A stretch of DNA of 54,507 nt, from assembly GCA_004298335.1 (NCBI GenBank), contig SCTG01000048.1:1-54507 (forward strand), given 5' to 3'. Made by a program: the position numbers and the translations under genes. Positions 44,016-54,507 of this stretch are shown piece by piece. The notes beneath the pieces were generated by a model. That model ran no database searches. It had not been told where the DNA came from and was given only the letters and a program-made list of their open reading frames with translations. Within the stretch, counting starts at the first letter, position 1; every line of letters starts with the position of its first letter. Source of the stretch: Nitrospirota bacterium (lineage in GTDB: Bacteria; Nitrospirota; Nitrospiria; Nitrospirales; NS-4).

Positions 44016-44029
44016 TCTTTGCAATGGAT

Positions 44030-44860
44030 TTACCCGAAGGGGTTGTGGTCGCGCTCCTCGCGCACGGTGGTGGAGGGGCCGTGGCCGGGGAACAAAATGA
44101 AATTCTCGGGCAGCGTCAGCACGCGCGTCCGGACGCTCTTCAGGTGGGTGGGATACAGCGTCGACGGATTGGCCCGCCCGATCGAGCCCGCAAACAGCGT
44201 ATCCCCGACGAAGCAGTGCGTGTCCGTCCTGTAGCAGACCCCGCCCGGCGTATGGCCCGGCGTCGTCATGAACCTGACCTCCCGCCCGCCGACCCGGAGC
44301 GCCTCGCCGTCGCCGACGAACTTCCGCAACGAGACCGGCGGCTGCCAGCCGAGGATGCCCCAGTCGCCTTCGCCGATGTACACCGGCACCGGGTGGCGCG
44401 CCAGGATCGCGTCCAGCCCGCCGGCGTGGTCGGCATGTCCGTGCGTCAGGCAGACGGCGGTCAGGGTCAAATGCTCCCGCTCGATGGCGCGCAGCATGGC
44501 GTCCGGGTTGTAGCCGGTGTCGATCATGACGGCGTCGCGCGTGGCGGAATCGTACAAAAGGTAGCCCTTGACCTCGTAGCCGCCGATGTTGCCGCGGACG
44601 AGGATCACGTCCTGGGCCGCCTGGTGGGTCGGGTGGGCCGGCTCCCAGTGGTCGCAGGCGAGGGCCGCCAGCTTGGGCCCGTCGAGCGCGAGCGCGGCGG
44701 CCAGCGCCAGGACTTCCTCGCGCGCGGGGACGCGCCGGCCGGATTCCAGCTCGCGCAGGGCCGCTGCGTCGAGCCCCGACGCTGCGCGCACCTGGTCGAG
44801 GCTCAGGCCTTGACCGGTGCGGGCTTTCTTGATGATGTCCGAGAAGTCGTCTTCCAGCAT
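44030..44860 (-). CDS. XRE-like HTH fused to glyoxalase II-type MBL hydrolase
   Basis: IIKKAR..QGLS....ELESG; THGHADH, PGHTPG, GDTLF, PGHG. Confidence 0.85.
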   Translation of the reverse strand: MLEDDFSDIIKKARTGQGLSLDQVRAASGLDAAALRELESGRRVPAREEVLALAAALALDGPKLAALACDHWEPAHPTHQAAQDVILVRGNIGGYEVKGYLLYDSATRDAVMIDTGYNPDAMLRAIEREHLTLTAVCLTHGHADHAGGLDAILARHPVPVYIGEGDWGILGWQPPVSLRKFVGDGEALRVGGREVRFMTTPGHTPGGVCYRTDTHCFVGDTLFAGSIGRANPSTLYPTHLKSVRTRVLTLPENFILFPGHGPSTTVREERDHNPFG

Positions 44861-44922
44861 GGTCGCGCCACCCGCATCATAGCCAATGGTGGAGGGCCGG
44901 GCAACCGTGGTAAACTACCGCC

Positions 44923-45198
44923 ATGGCACGATCATCTTCGCGATACGCGATCTGGGCGCTGGCCCTTGCGCTGCTCTCTCCGCCTGCCGCCGGCTTTGTG
45001 ACGCCGTCCTCGGCGGAGGAGCAGAAGACGTCGTCCAAGGAGAAGCTCGATGCGGCCAAGAAGGATCTGGACAAAGGGGTCCAGGGAGCAAGCAAACCCA
45101 TCCAGAAAGTGATGGAGCCGATCGAGAAGGCCATCTCGGAAGGCGCCGGCAAAGCGGCGAGCACTGTCAAGAAAGCGGTCACGCCGGACAAGAAATAG
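44923..45198 (+). CDS. Small exported Lys-rich protein
   Basis: Signal peptide-like N-terminus; -10 box immediately upstream. Confidence 0.7.
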   Translation: MARSSSRYAIWALALALLSPPAAGFVTPSSAEEQKTSSKEKLDAAKKDLDKGVQGASKPIQKVMEPIEKAISEGAGKAASTVKKAVTPDKK

Positions 45199-45211
45199 CG
45201 CGCGCGCATCC

Positions 45212-45400
45212 ATGACGACCGACGACGCGCGGCTCCGCATCCAATCGGCGATCGAGCAGTTCGGCCCGAAGGCCGCGCCCATGATCGACCTCGTGATCGG
45301 CGAAACACGGTCGGCCCTCGGGAACGAGGCGGCGAACGGACTGATCGACGAGTTCAACCTGGAACTCCAATACAACATCTTCCCGGTCGAGTTCGAGTGA
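45212..45400 (+). CDS. Small acidic hypothetical protein
   Basis: Fills the gap in a co-directional run; host-like codon usage. Confidence 0.65.
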   Translation: MTTDDARLRIQSAIEQFGPKAAPMIDLVIGETRSALGNEAANGLIDEFNLELQYNIFPVEFE

Positions 45401-45418
45401 CTCGCCGCCGCTGACGCC

Positions 45419-46483
45419 ATGCGCGAGCGACGCTGGGAGGCCCGAGCAGCGCTGACGTTCCCGGACGTGCTGGCCCTGGGGGAGCGGCTCGCCTCGCTGG
45501 GCTTGGCGCCCGCGACGCCCGGGAAAGAGATCATCTGCTACATCGAGGAATGGCCGGTCCCCGCGCCGCAGGCGATTGACCGGCTGGATCCATGGACGAC
45601 CGAGGACGTGACGCTGGTCCACATTCACGAGGGCTGGCGCGGCGATTTCTTTCTCCTGTCCGGCGGCTATCACACCGTCTATCAGCGCCACCAGTCCGTC
45701 GGGACCTACTGTTCGATCGGCCACCCCTGGACGATTCCGGAGACGCTCCGGACGCTGCGCCCGGGCGCGATGTTCTGGCTGGGGTTCCGCCACGCGCATT
45801 CGTTCATCCGCGTGCGCCTGCATACGGCCGAGGTTGTGACGCCGCGCGAGACGCGCGCCGACGACCGGCGCGAGCTGTGGGTGGACGAGCGCCGCCGGGG
45901 CTTTGCCTCCGCCATCAAGGTGCTGAACCTGCCGGTCGAGCCCGACGTGGAGGGCGGGAGCCTGGTGCTGCGGCCGTTCGTCCGGACGGTCCCGTTCTTC
46001 TGCTCGTGGCCGGACGCCTTCGGGCCCTGCCAGTTCGAGTTCAATTCCCCCGACGCCTTCGAGTTTCTCGTGCCGGCGAGCCGGCTGGCCGCCACGCACG
46101 GCCGGGAGCCCGCGACGATCCGCGCCTATCTGACCGGATTCTCCGAACCGGCGCTGAAGGAGTTCGAGGCCGTTCAGCCGGACGCGCGATATGCCTACCG
46201 GTGCTCGGCGCACTGCCAGCTGGGCGAGCTGCCCGACGTCCTGCGCGCCATCGCGCCGGCCGGCCGGCTCTACGCGACGCTCTGCGAATTCCAGACGCAG
46301 GGCCTCCTGCCGGACGGCGCGGACGCGTGGGCGATCGTGGGCGTGATGGGGGTGGAAGGCGGGGGCTTTCAGGTCGAAGTGCGGTTGAACCGCGCGCCCC
46401 TTCCGGAGAACGAGATGGCGGAGTGGCTGCAAGCGCTCCTCGGCATGCCCGCGGCGTACGCGCCGCTTCCGCCGTTCGTGTGA
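45419..46483 (+). CDS. Hypothetical protein
   Basis: 354 aa; host-like codon usage; no family recognised. Confidence 0.75.
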   Translation: MRERRWEARAALTFPDVLALGERLASLGLAPATPGKEIICYIEEWPVPAPQAIDRLDPWTTEDVTLVHIHEGWRGDFFLLSGGYHTVYQRHQSVGTYCSIGHPWTIPETLRTLRPGAMFWLGFRHAHSFIRVRLHTAEVVTPRETRADDRRELWVDERRRGFASAIKVLNLPVEPDVEGGSLVLRPFVRTVPFFCSWPDAFGPCQFEFNSPDAFEFLVPASRLAATHGREPATIRAYLTGFSEPALKEFEAVQPDARYAYRCSAHCQLGELPDVLRAIAPAGRLYATLCEFQTQGLLPDGADAWAIVGVMGVEGGGFQVEVRLNRAPLPENEMAEWLQALLGMPAAYAPLPPFV

Positions 46484-46494
46484 GGCGCGCCGAT

Positions 46495-47604
46495 ATGCCG
46501 CTGGCCTCCATGATCCGCACCGCTCTCAGCAAGCCGTTCCTGCCGGCGGTCTTTTTCTTCTCCGGCGTGACCTTCGACAGTCTCACGCTCGCCCGCATCG
46601 ACAGTCTGCTGGATAACCTGGTCCTGCTCCTGTACCTGAGCCTGCTGGGCGCGTTGATCATCCTGACGGCGCGCCTGGATACGCGGATGGGCGGGGGGGC
46701 GCCGCCGGCCGGCCTCGGTGGTGTCCCGGGCCTGGTCGCACGCGCGCAGCCGTACTATCCGCACGCCATCCAGTTTCTGCTGGGCGGACTCTACAGCGCC
46801 TACGCGATCTTCTATTTGCAGAGCGCGTCGATGACCGCGACGGCGGTCTTCTTCGGCGTCCTCGTCGCGTTGCTGGTGGGCAACGAGTTCCTGCACGACC
46901 GCCTCTCCAACCTGCGCCTGCTGGTCAGCCTGTACGCGCTGGTCGCCCTGAGTTTTTTCACGTTCTTCCTGCCGGCGCTGATCGGGTTGATGAACACATG
47001 GGTCTTCCTGCTCGGCGCGGGATTGAGCGCGGCCGTGACGCTGAAAGTGGTGGAGCTGATCTATCGGGGACGTCCGACCGCGTCGCGATGGGAACCCGTC
47101 CTCTCCGTGTTGCCGGCGATCGGGCTGATCGTCGTCATGGTGGGGTTCTATTTCCTCAACTGGATCCCGCCGGTGCCGCTCTCGATGAAGTTCGGCGGGG
47201 TGTACCGGCAGATCGCAAAGACCGACGGGGCCTATAGCCTGACCTTTGAAGAGGGCGACTGGTACCAGTTCTGGAAACGCTCGGACGATCCCTTTCGGGG
47301 AACCGGCCCCGTGCATTGTTTTACCGCCGTGTTCGCGCCCGTCAATTTACACACGACGGTCTACCATCGCTGGCAGTACCGGCCCGCCGCCGGCCGGAAC
47401 TTCTCGACGACGGACCGAATCGCCATGGCGATTTCGGGCGGGCGCGAAGGAGGCTATCGCGGCTACACGATCAAGCAAGGCGTGACGCCGGGCGACTGGC
47501 GCGTGGACGCGGAGACGGCCGAAGGGCGCATCATCGGGCGGGTCAGCTTTCGGGTCGAGGAACCGGACGGCGAGGCCCGGGCGCTCGACACCATCACGTA
47601 CTGA
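46495..47604 (+). CDS. DUF2914-family membrane protein
   Basis: Multiple TMs, WIPPVPL, FTAVFAP, GGREGGYRG, GDWRV. Confidence 0.82.
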   Translation: MPLASMIRTALSKPFLPAVFFFSGVTFDSLTLARIDSLLDNLVLLLYLSLLGALIILTARLDTRMGGGAPPAGLGGVPGLVARAQPYYPHAIQFLLGGLYSAYAIFYLQSASMTATAVFFGVLVALLVGNEFLHDRLSNLRLLVSLYALVALSFFTFFLPALIGLMNTWVFLLGAGLSAAVTLKVVELIYRGRPTASRWEPVLSVLPAIGLIVVMVGFYFLNWIPPVPLSMKFGGVYRQIAKTDGAYSLTFEEGDWYQFWKRSDDPFRGTGPVHCFTAVFAPVNLHTTVYHRWQYRPAAGRNFSTTDRIAMAISGGREGGYRGYTIKQGVTPGDWRVDAETAEGRIIGRVSFRVEEPDGEARALDTITY

Positions 47605-47608
47605 TCAG

Positions 47609-48340
47609 CTACTCCGGCTCGCCGGTGTCATCGTAATACTTTTCGCGATAAATGGGGCACAGGCCTTTCTTCTGGATGAGCGTGGTCACGTCGTCGAGCA
47701 TGCCGCTGTTCCCGCAGAGATAGACGGCGAGGTTGTTCACGGACGCGACCCGCTCCTCCACCAGCCGTGTCACCCGGCCGCGCTCCCCGGACCAGCCCTC
47801 TTCCGGGCGCGACAGCGTCGTGGTGAACGTGAACCGGGGGTGCGCCTTTGCCCACGCCGCCAGCTCATCCTGGTAGTAGAGGTCCCGCCGGCTCCGCAGG
47901 CCCCAGAAGAGCGTGACCCCACAAGCGGCGTCCTTCTCGAACAGCGCGAGCAGCATCGAGCGGATCGGCGCGATGCCCGTGCCCGTGGCGACGAACAGGT
48001 GGTCCCGCGCGGGATCGTCGCGGAGGCGGAAGGAGCCCGCCGGGCCCTTGAATCGCGTCTCCGCCCCCTCCTTCAGGCTGAAGAGGTAGGTGGAGCCGGG
48101 TCCGCCGGGCACCAGGTTGAAGAGCAGGGTGAGGACGCCGGTGCTGCTCGGCGGCGAGGCGATCGAGTAGGGACGGATGAGCGCTTGCTGCTTCTCGTTC
48201 CGGCCGACGTCGAACGAGACGAACTGCCCCGCCTTGAAGGCGATCGCCGCCGGTTCGACGAGACGCAGGTCGAGCTCCCGCACGTCGTGGGTCAGGTCCA
48301 AGATGCGGCAGACGGTGGCGCGGAAGAGTTGCAGCGGCAT
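47609..48340 (-). CDS. FAD/NAD(P)-binding ferredoxin reductase-like oxidoreductase
   Basis: GQF, RPYSIAS, GPGS, ATGTGIAP, YLCG. Confidence 0.9.
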   Translation of the reverse strand: MPLQLFRATVCRILDLTHDVRELDLRLVEPAAIAFKAGQFVSFDVGRNEKQQALIRPYSIASPPSSTGVLTLLFNLVPGGPGSTYLFSLKEGAETRFKGPAGSFRLRDDPARDHLFVATGTGIAPIRSMLLALFEKDAACGVTLFWGLRSRRDLYYQDELAAWAKAHPRFTFTTTLSRPEEGWSGERGRVTRLVEERVASVNNLAVYLCGNSGMLDDVTTLIQKKGLCPIYREKYYDDTGEPE

Positions 48341-48363
48341 GGACTGATTATACCGGACGGCGC

Positions 48364-48663
48364 CTACGACGGCGGCGCGTCGGGCCAGGCGACGCAGGGC
48401 CCGCCGTTGCCGACGATCACGCCCGACGTCGCGGATGTTTTGATTGCCCGTTCCACCTGCCATTGCTGCAGCAGGGCGGGGATCTCGTCCGGTGCATGGT
48501 CGTCCAGAAACGAGCGCTTGAACGTCGCCAGGTAAAACGACCCGCTGCGGACCATCTTAAAGTCGTGGCCGTTCGCGCCGCGCGACTTGTCCGTGATCTC
48601 GTGGTGGGGAAAGTACATCCGGAGGTAGGTGCGCACGGCGTCGATCTTGACGGGGTCCGACAT
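48364..48663 (-). CDS. Hypothetical protein
   Basis: Co-directional, directly after the M16 pair. Confidence 0.65.
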   Translation of the reverse strand: MSDPVKIDAVRTYLRMYFPHHEITDKSRGANGHDFKMVRSGSFYLATFKRSFLDDHAPDEIPALLQQWQVERAIKTSATSGVIVGNGGPCVAWPDAPPS

Positions 48664-48675
48664 GGCGCGAACGCG

Positions 48676-50112
48676 TCAGCCCCCGGGTTTGAGCGTGAGG
48701 ACGGTGATCTTGCCGAACGTGGTGAGGGGCTGTTCGAAATCATCGTCCTTGCCGACCGCCAGGATGACCACCCGGTCGGGATGCAGGTGCGCGCGCGCGA
48801 CGCGCAGCAGGTCCTCCCGGGTCAGCTTGACCACGCCGTCCCGGAATCGCTGGAGGAAGTCCTTGGGCAGGCCGTGGTATTCCAGCGACATGAGCCGGCC
48901 GACGATCAGGCTGGCGTCGGCGAACGAGAAGACGAAGGAATTGAGAAACGCGTCCTTCGCGAGCTGCAGTTCCTCGGGCGACACCGGTTCCTGCCGCAGC
49001 CGCTCCATGTGGTCCAGCATGCTGGCCAGGGCCTGGTGCGTGGACGGTCCCTTGGTGAGGGCCTGCATCACGAAGAACCCGGGGCCCGCGTTTCCCGGCA
49101 CGATCCGGCTGCCCACCGAGTAGGCCAGGCCCTGGCGGCTCCGCACGTCGCGGAAGAGCCGGGAGGTGAACGAATTGCCGCCCAGGATGTCCTCCAGCAG
49201 GGCCAGCGCGAAATAGTCGGGGTCGTCCTCCTTGACCGAGAGATGGCCGATGCGCAGGTGCGTCTGAGACAGGTCCCGGCGCAGGATGTTCACCGAGCGG
49301 CTGGCGCCGGCGCCCGCGGTGACCGCAGGCAGCGCCGGCAGCGCCACCGGCTGCGGCGTCCAGTCCCCGAACGCCTTGCGCAGGGCCTCCAGCATGGCCG
49401 GCTTCTCGAAATCGCCGGTCACGCCCAGCATGAGCTGGTTCGGCACGAAGAACTGCCGGTGAAAGGCCGCGAGGTCGTCGCGCGTGATGCGCGACACGGT
49501 GTCGGTCGTGCTCTCGCGGCCGAGGGGATGGTCGGCGCCGAAGAGCAGCTTCCGGAACTCGCGCGCGGCGATCCCGGCCGGATTGTCCGGCCGGCGGCGG
49601 ATGGCCTCCAGGGCCTGGCGCCTGGCCAGCTCCACTTTCGCCGGCTCGAAGGCGGGCGCGCGGAGCATGTCGGCGAAGATGGCGAGCCCCCGCGGCAAGT
49701 CCTTCTTCAGGATGTCCAGCGTCGCCGCGCCGCTCTCGACGCCGATCCCCATCGCGATGTTCGCGGCCAGGAACTCCAGCTCCTCGTCGATCTGATCGCC
49801 GGTCAGGCGGGCCGTTCCGCCCGTGCGCATCACGGTCCCGGTGAGTCCGGCCAGGCCCACCTTGTCGGCCGGCTCGTAGATGGAGCCGGCGCGGACCAGG
49901 GCCGAGACGGTCACGAGCGGCAGCTCCCGGTCCGGCAGCAGGTACACGATGATCCCGTTTGCCAGGACGACGCGCTCGACCTCCGGGACGGTGAACGTCA
50001 CCGGATCGAACGTCATCGTGCGGGGATCGCCGGGCGGCGCCGTCTGCGCGAAACCGGCGGACACGGTCACCACCAACGCGAGCGCGGCGAGGAGACTCCT
50101 GGCCGCCGTCAT
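48676..50112 (-). CDS. M16 peptidase family, non-catalytic subunit
   Basis: LANG, no HxxEH, SRLF..VR...GLAYSV. Confidence 0.88.
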   Translation of the reverse strand: MTAARSLLAALALVVTVSAGFAQTAPPGDPRTMTFDPVTFTVPEVERVVLANGIIVYLLPDRELPLVTVSALVRAGSIYEPADKVGLAGLTGTVMRTGGTARLTGDQIDEELEFLAANIAMGIGVESGAATLDILKKDLPRGLAIFADMLRAPAFEPAKVELARRQALEAIRRRPDNPAGIAAREFRKLLFGADHPLGRESTTDTVSRITRDDLAAFHRQFFVPNQLMLGVTGDFEKPAMLEALRKAFGDWTPQPVALPALPAVTAGAGASRSVNILRRDLSQTHLRIGHLSVKEDDPDYFALALLEDILGGNSFTSRLFRDVRSRQGLAYSVGSRIVPGNAGPGFFVMQALTKGPSTHQALASMLDHMERLRQEPVSPEELQLAKDAFLNSFVFSFADASLIVGRLMSLEYHGLPKDFLQRFRDGVVKLTREDLLRVARAHLHPDRVVILAVGKDDDFEQPLTTFGKITVLTLKPGG

Positions 50113-51611
50113 GGCTTGCTCTCGACTTCCGATTTAGGCGGTTTGACGAGCGTGGCCACGACGCGGTTGCTCTTCGTGAAGTACCGGGCGGCCACGCGCC
50201 GGATGTCCTCGGGGCCGATCTTGGCGAGGCGGTCGCGCCGCTTGAAGGTCTCCCGCCAGTCGCCGTTGATCGCCTGGAAGTAGGCGAGGCGCGACGCCAT
50301 CCCGCCGTTGGAGCGGAGCGAGCGGACCTGCCCCGCGTCGATCTGGTTGAGGATCTTCTCCAGCTCGCGCGGGGCGACCGGCTCCTGCTTGAGGCGGTCC
50401 AGCTCCGCGTACACCGCCTGCTCGACCTCGGCGGCGGTATGGGGCGCGCGGGGCGTGGCGCCGACGATGAAGAGATTGGGGTACAGCGTGCCCGGATAGT
50501 CGGACGACGCCGAGACGGCGCCGGCGAGCTGTTTTTCCTGGACCAGGCGTTTGTGCAGGCGGGACGTGCGTCCGTCCGAGAGCAGCGATTCGATCACGTC
50601 GAAGACCTCGTCGTCCGGGTGACCGCTGCCCGGCTTGTGGAAGCCGATGAGGACCTGGGGCTCGGCGGCGTACTCGACCTCCACGCGGCGCTCGCCCGCA
50701 GAGGGCGGCTCAGTGGTGAGCACCGGCGGGGAGGGGGGCCGCGCCGGGATCCGGCCGAACGTCTGTTCCACGAGGGCGATGACGTCCTTCGGGTTGAGAT
50801 CGCCGACGATGGCCAGCACGGCGTTGGCGGGCCCGTAGTACGTCTGGAAGAAGGCTTCGGTCTGGGCCCTGCTGAGCGCGTCTAGGTCGGACGGCCAGCC
50901 GATCACCGGCAGCCCGTAGGGGTGCGCCCGGAACGCCGCCGACGCGAACGCCTCGTGCAGCCGCCCGCTCGGCGAGTTGTCGGTCCGCTGGCGGCGCTCC
51001 TCCAGCACGACGTTCTTCTCCTTGTAGAACTCGCGGAGCACGCCGTTGGCCATGCGGTCGGACTCCACGGCGGCCCAGAGCGGCAGCCGGTTGGCGGGAA
51101 AGCTCAGGAAGTAGCGCGTCAGGTCCTTGCCGGTGGTCGCGTTGATCCCCACGCCGCCGTGCCGCTGGTAGAGCATGGTGAGTTCGGCGGCGACCACGAA
51201 GCCGTCCGCCGTCGCTTCGACGTTCGCGAACTGCTTGTGCAGGGCCGCCAGGCGCGTCCGGTCGGCCGCGGCTCCCCTGGCCTTCTCGGCCGTGATGGCC
51301 TCCGCGAGGCGGTCCAGCTCCTCGAGGACCGGCTTTTCCTTGGCGGCGTCCGTGACGCCGATCGTGCGGCTCCCCTTGAAGGCCATGTGCTCGTACAGGT
51401 GCGCGACGCCCGTGATGCCGTTGTGCTCGTGGACGCCGCCGACCTTGTAGGTGAGGTTGACCGCGACGATCGGGGCCTGGTGGCGCTCCATCAGGAGGAG
51501 GGTCAGCCCGTTCGCCAGGTGGTGCTCGACGACCCGGTCTTCCAGTGTGGCCGCAGACGCGCCGGTGAGGACGACGAGGCAGAGAACGAGGGGAGCGAGC
51601 CGCCGCGCCAT
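50109..51611 (-). CDS. M16 zinc peptidase, catalytic subunit
   Basis: G.AHLYEHMAFKG (HxxEH), NATT, HPYG.PVIGW. Confidence 0.9.
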   Translation of the reverse strand: MARRLAPLVLCLVVLTGASAATLEDRVVEHHLANGLTLLLMERHQAPIVAVNLTYKVGGVHEHNGITGVAHLYEHMAFKGSRTIGVTDAAKEKPVLEELDRLAEAITAEKARGAAADRTRLAALHKQFANVEATADGFVVAAELTMLYQRHGGVGINATTGKDLTRYFLSFPANRLPLWAAVESDRMANGVLREFYKEKNVVLEERRQRTDNSPSGRLHEAFASAAFRAHPYGLPVIGWPSDLDALSRAQTEAFFQTYYGPANAVLAIVGDLNPKDVIALVEQTFGRIPARPPSPPVLTTEPPSAGERRVEVEYAAEPQVLIGFHKPGSGHPDDEVFDVIESLLSDGRTSRLHKRLVQEKQLAGAVSASSDYPGTLYPNLFIVGATPRAPHTAAEVEQAVYAELDRLKQEPVAPRELEKILNQIDAGQVRSLRSNGGMASRLAYFQAINGDWRETFKRRDRLAKIGPEDIRRVAARYFTKSNRVVATLVKPPKSEVESKP

Positions 51612-52252
51612 CAGGCGAACAGCCCGATGAGGTCTTCCGGCTGCTCGATGAACCAGTCCGGGCCGCAGGCGGCCATCTTCTCGCGGTTGCCCATGCCGTA
51701 GCCGACGGCGCAGACCTTGAGCCCCGCGTTGTGGCCGCCGTTGATGTCGTTCGTGCTGTCGCCGATGAGGACCGCCCGGTCCCGCTCGACCTTCAACTCC
51801 GCCAGGATCTTCAGGAGCATGCCGGGCTCCGGCTTGAGGCCGTACCCGTTGTCCCCGCCGACGACGTACGCGAAGTGGTGGGCGCCGAGGCCGTCCAGGA
51901 TGCGCGTCGTGTACTCCAGCGACTTGTTCGTGGCGACGGCCTTGTGCTTGCGGGCGAAGTGCGCCAGGACCCGGTCGATGCCGGGGTAGAACCGCGTGCG
52001 GTCGAGGCAGTGGGCGAGGTAGTGGCCGCGAAAGACCCGCAGGGCCTCCTCGTAGCGCGACTGGTTCTCCTCGCCGACGGCCAGCCGGAGCAGGCGCTTG
52101 ATGCCGTCGCCGACGAAGCCGAAGATCTCCTCCTCCCCGCGCACGGGCAGGCCCAGCTCGGCCAGCGTGAGGTTGACCGCCGTGGCGATGTCCCATTTGG
52201 ACTCGATCAGCGTGCCGTCGAGGTCGAAGATGAGCAGATCGATTTTGTGCAT
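51611..52252 (-). CDS. HAD-IA phosphatase (phosphoglycolate phosphatase-like)
   Basis: FDLDGTL, ATNK, KP.P, IGDS..D. Confidence 0.88.
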   Translation of the reverse strand: MHKIDLLIFDLDGTLIESKWDIATAVNLTLAELGLPVRGEEEIFGFVGDGIKRLLRLAVGEENQSRYEEALRVFRGHYLAHCLDRTRFYPGIDRVLAHFARKHKAVATNKSLEYTTRILDGLGAHHFAYVVGGDNGYGLKPEPGMLLKILAELKVERDRAVLIGDSTNDINGGHNAGLKVCAVGYGMGNREKMAACGPDWFIEQPEDLIGLFA

Positions 52253-52270
52253 GGGGCGGATTATAGCAGA

Positions 52271-52627
52271 TTAAAGTTGTTCGATCAGGAGCCCGGCGAT
52301 GGCGGCCAGGCCTCCGGCGACGGCGATGGCGTAGCCGATGCCGCCGAGCACGAACCAGAGCCGGATGCGGCGGTGCTCCTCGGGCGTGAGGCCGGCATGG
52401 TGGCGCGTCGGATGGATCCACCACTTCGGAGGAAGGTGACCGCGCCGGATCAGGATGCGGCGCAGGACGACGTGGTACCAGAAGCCGGTCGGCACGCCTT
52501 CCACCAGCCCCACCACCAGCATGACCAGCCCGATGTTGTGAAACACGTGCGGCGTGACGATCGTGATCATATAGCCCAGCAGGCCGATCCCGACCAGCGC
52601 CGCGAGCAGGAGGCTGATTTCAAGCAT
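52271..52627 (-). CDS. Hypothetical membrane protein
   Basis: Three hydrophobic segments. Confidence 0.7.
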   Translation of the reverse strand: MLEISLLLAALVGIGLLGYMITIVTPHVFHNIGLVMLVVGLVEGVPTGFWYHVVLRRILIRRGHLPPKWWIHPTRHHAGLTPEEHRRIRLWFVLGGIGYAIAVAGGLAAIAGLLIEQL

Positions 52628-52657
52628 GCGTCAATTCTGCCGTTAAGTTAAGAGCTT

Positions 52658-52914
52658 GCCTGTCGCGGGGCTGCCTCTTCGCTCCCTGCGCGCGCGCCAC
52701 GAATAAACAGATGCCGCTCGCTTATGGGCGCGGTTGAGGCAGTCCCCGCTCCAGCCTTCGGAAATCTTGCGGGTGGCGCCGGGTTGTCCGGACCGGCGCA
52801 GGACTTGAGGCCGGAGCCAGAGTTCCGGGGCAGCCGAAGCGCAGGCCGGTCCGAGACGGCCGGACGCCCGGCGACAGGACCCGCTCCGAGCGAAGAGGCA
52901 GCCCCGTGACGGGC
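52658..52914. repeat. Composite hairpin repeat A (52665-52749) plus B (52769-52884), bounded by 27-bp inverted repeats
   Basis: 52658-52684 matches the reverse complement of 52888-52914 at 25 of 27 positions. Confidence 0.88.
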
Positions 52915-52925
52915 CCGCCCTCTTC

Positions 52926-53237
52926 TCACCGCGAGGCGCACAGCGTGACGACGACCTCCTCGCCGAAGACGTCGGCCGAGTGGACCACGTTCGCGGCCAG
53001 GTCGAGCCGGTCGCCCGGCTCGAGGATGATCTCCTCGTGATCGATGAGCACCCGCATGCGCCCGCTGACCACCCAGCGGATCTCGGCCTCGGCATGGGCG
53101 TGGTCGCCGTAGACGTCCCCCGGCACCATCTCGAACCGGTAGGGGCTCAGGCCCTCCTGTTCGAGCCGGGCGCGGATCTTGTTGATGGTGATCTGTCCGG
53201 CGGCGGCCGGCCAGCGGGTCAGCGTGATTTTGGGCAT
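52926..53237 (-). CDS. Cupin domain protein
   Basis: Y..H.H...E.RWVVSG, LEPGD.L......HSA. Confidence 0.85.
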   Translation of the reverse strand: MPKITLTRWPAAAGQITINKIRARLEQEGLSPYRFEMVPGDVYGDHAHAEAEIRWVVSGRMRVLIDHEEIILEPGDRLDLAANVVHSADVFGEEVVVTLCASR

Positions 53238-53291
53238 GGCGACATCGTTCCTGTGGATAAATAAGGGCGGATTGTAACGAAAATCCGTGCC

Positions 53292-53320
53292 TTGACGCAA
53301 CCGGGGGGCCATGGTAAAGT
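53292..53320 (+). promoter_or_regulatory. Putative sigma70 promoter of hemL
   Basis: TTGACG-17 bp-TAAAGT with extended TG. Confidence 0.6.
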
Positions 53321-53335
53321 TCCGTAGTTTCCAGT

Positions 53336-54507
<1,172 letters not shown>

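Noticed and set aside
51612-52424. Long N-terminal extensions in the ORF track for the M16 peptidase (also the SpoIIE sensor and DUF2914 ORFs)
   Set aside because: They overlap upstream genes in another frame; downstream starts give proper signal or TM peptides
53252-53260. Perfect DnaA box TGTGGATAA between the cupin gene and hemL
   Set aside because: Single isolated box with no cluster or clear unwinding element; could be chance or a regulatory site, and is not evidence for oriC

Overview
GC-rich bacterial chromosome segment next to the replication origin. Gene content and order suggest Nitrospirota, but this is an inference. The core part runs dnaA (5'-truncated)-dnaN-gyrB-gyrA, dciA, tmRNA, then rpmH-rnpA-yidD-yidC-mnmE-mnmG-rsmG-parA-parB with two perfect parS palindromes, three tandem bactofilins, mnmA and an F1-only atpHAGDC operon. 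The accessory part (about 27.5-53 kb) holds a heme-c sensor PP2C/kinase-STAS-MBL partner-switching cluster coupled to a 2OG-Fe(II) oxygenase and a c-type cytochrome. It also holds a more AT-rich VOC/PNPOx/CGNR-regulator islet with a palindromic operator, an M16 peptidase pair and hemL (3'-truncated). The most unusual unannotated signal is a modular family of long intergenic hairpin repeats (three modules, nine copies at six loci). These show compensatory base changes and a recurring back-to-back arrangement. No tRNA, rRNA, CRISPR array or transposase was seen.
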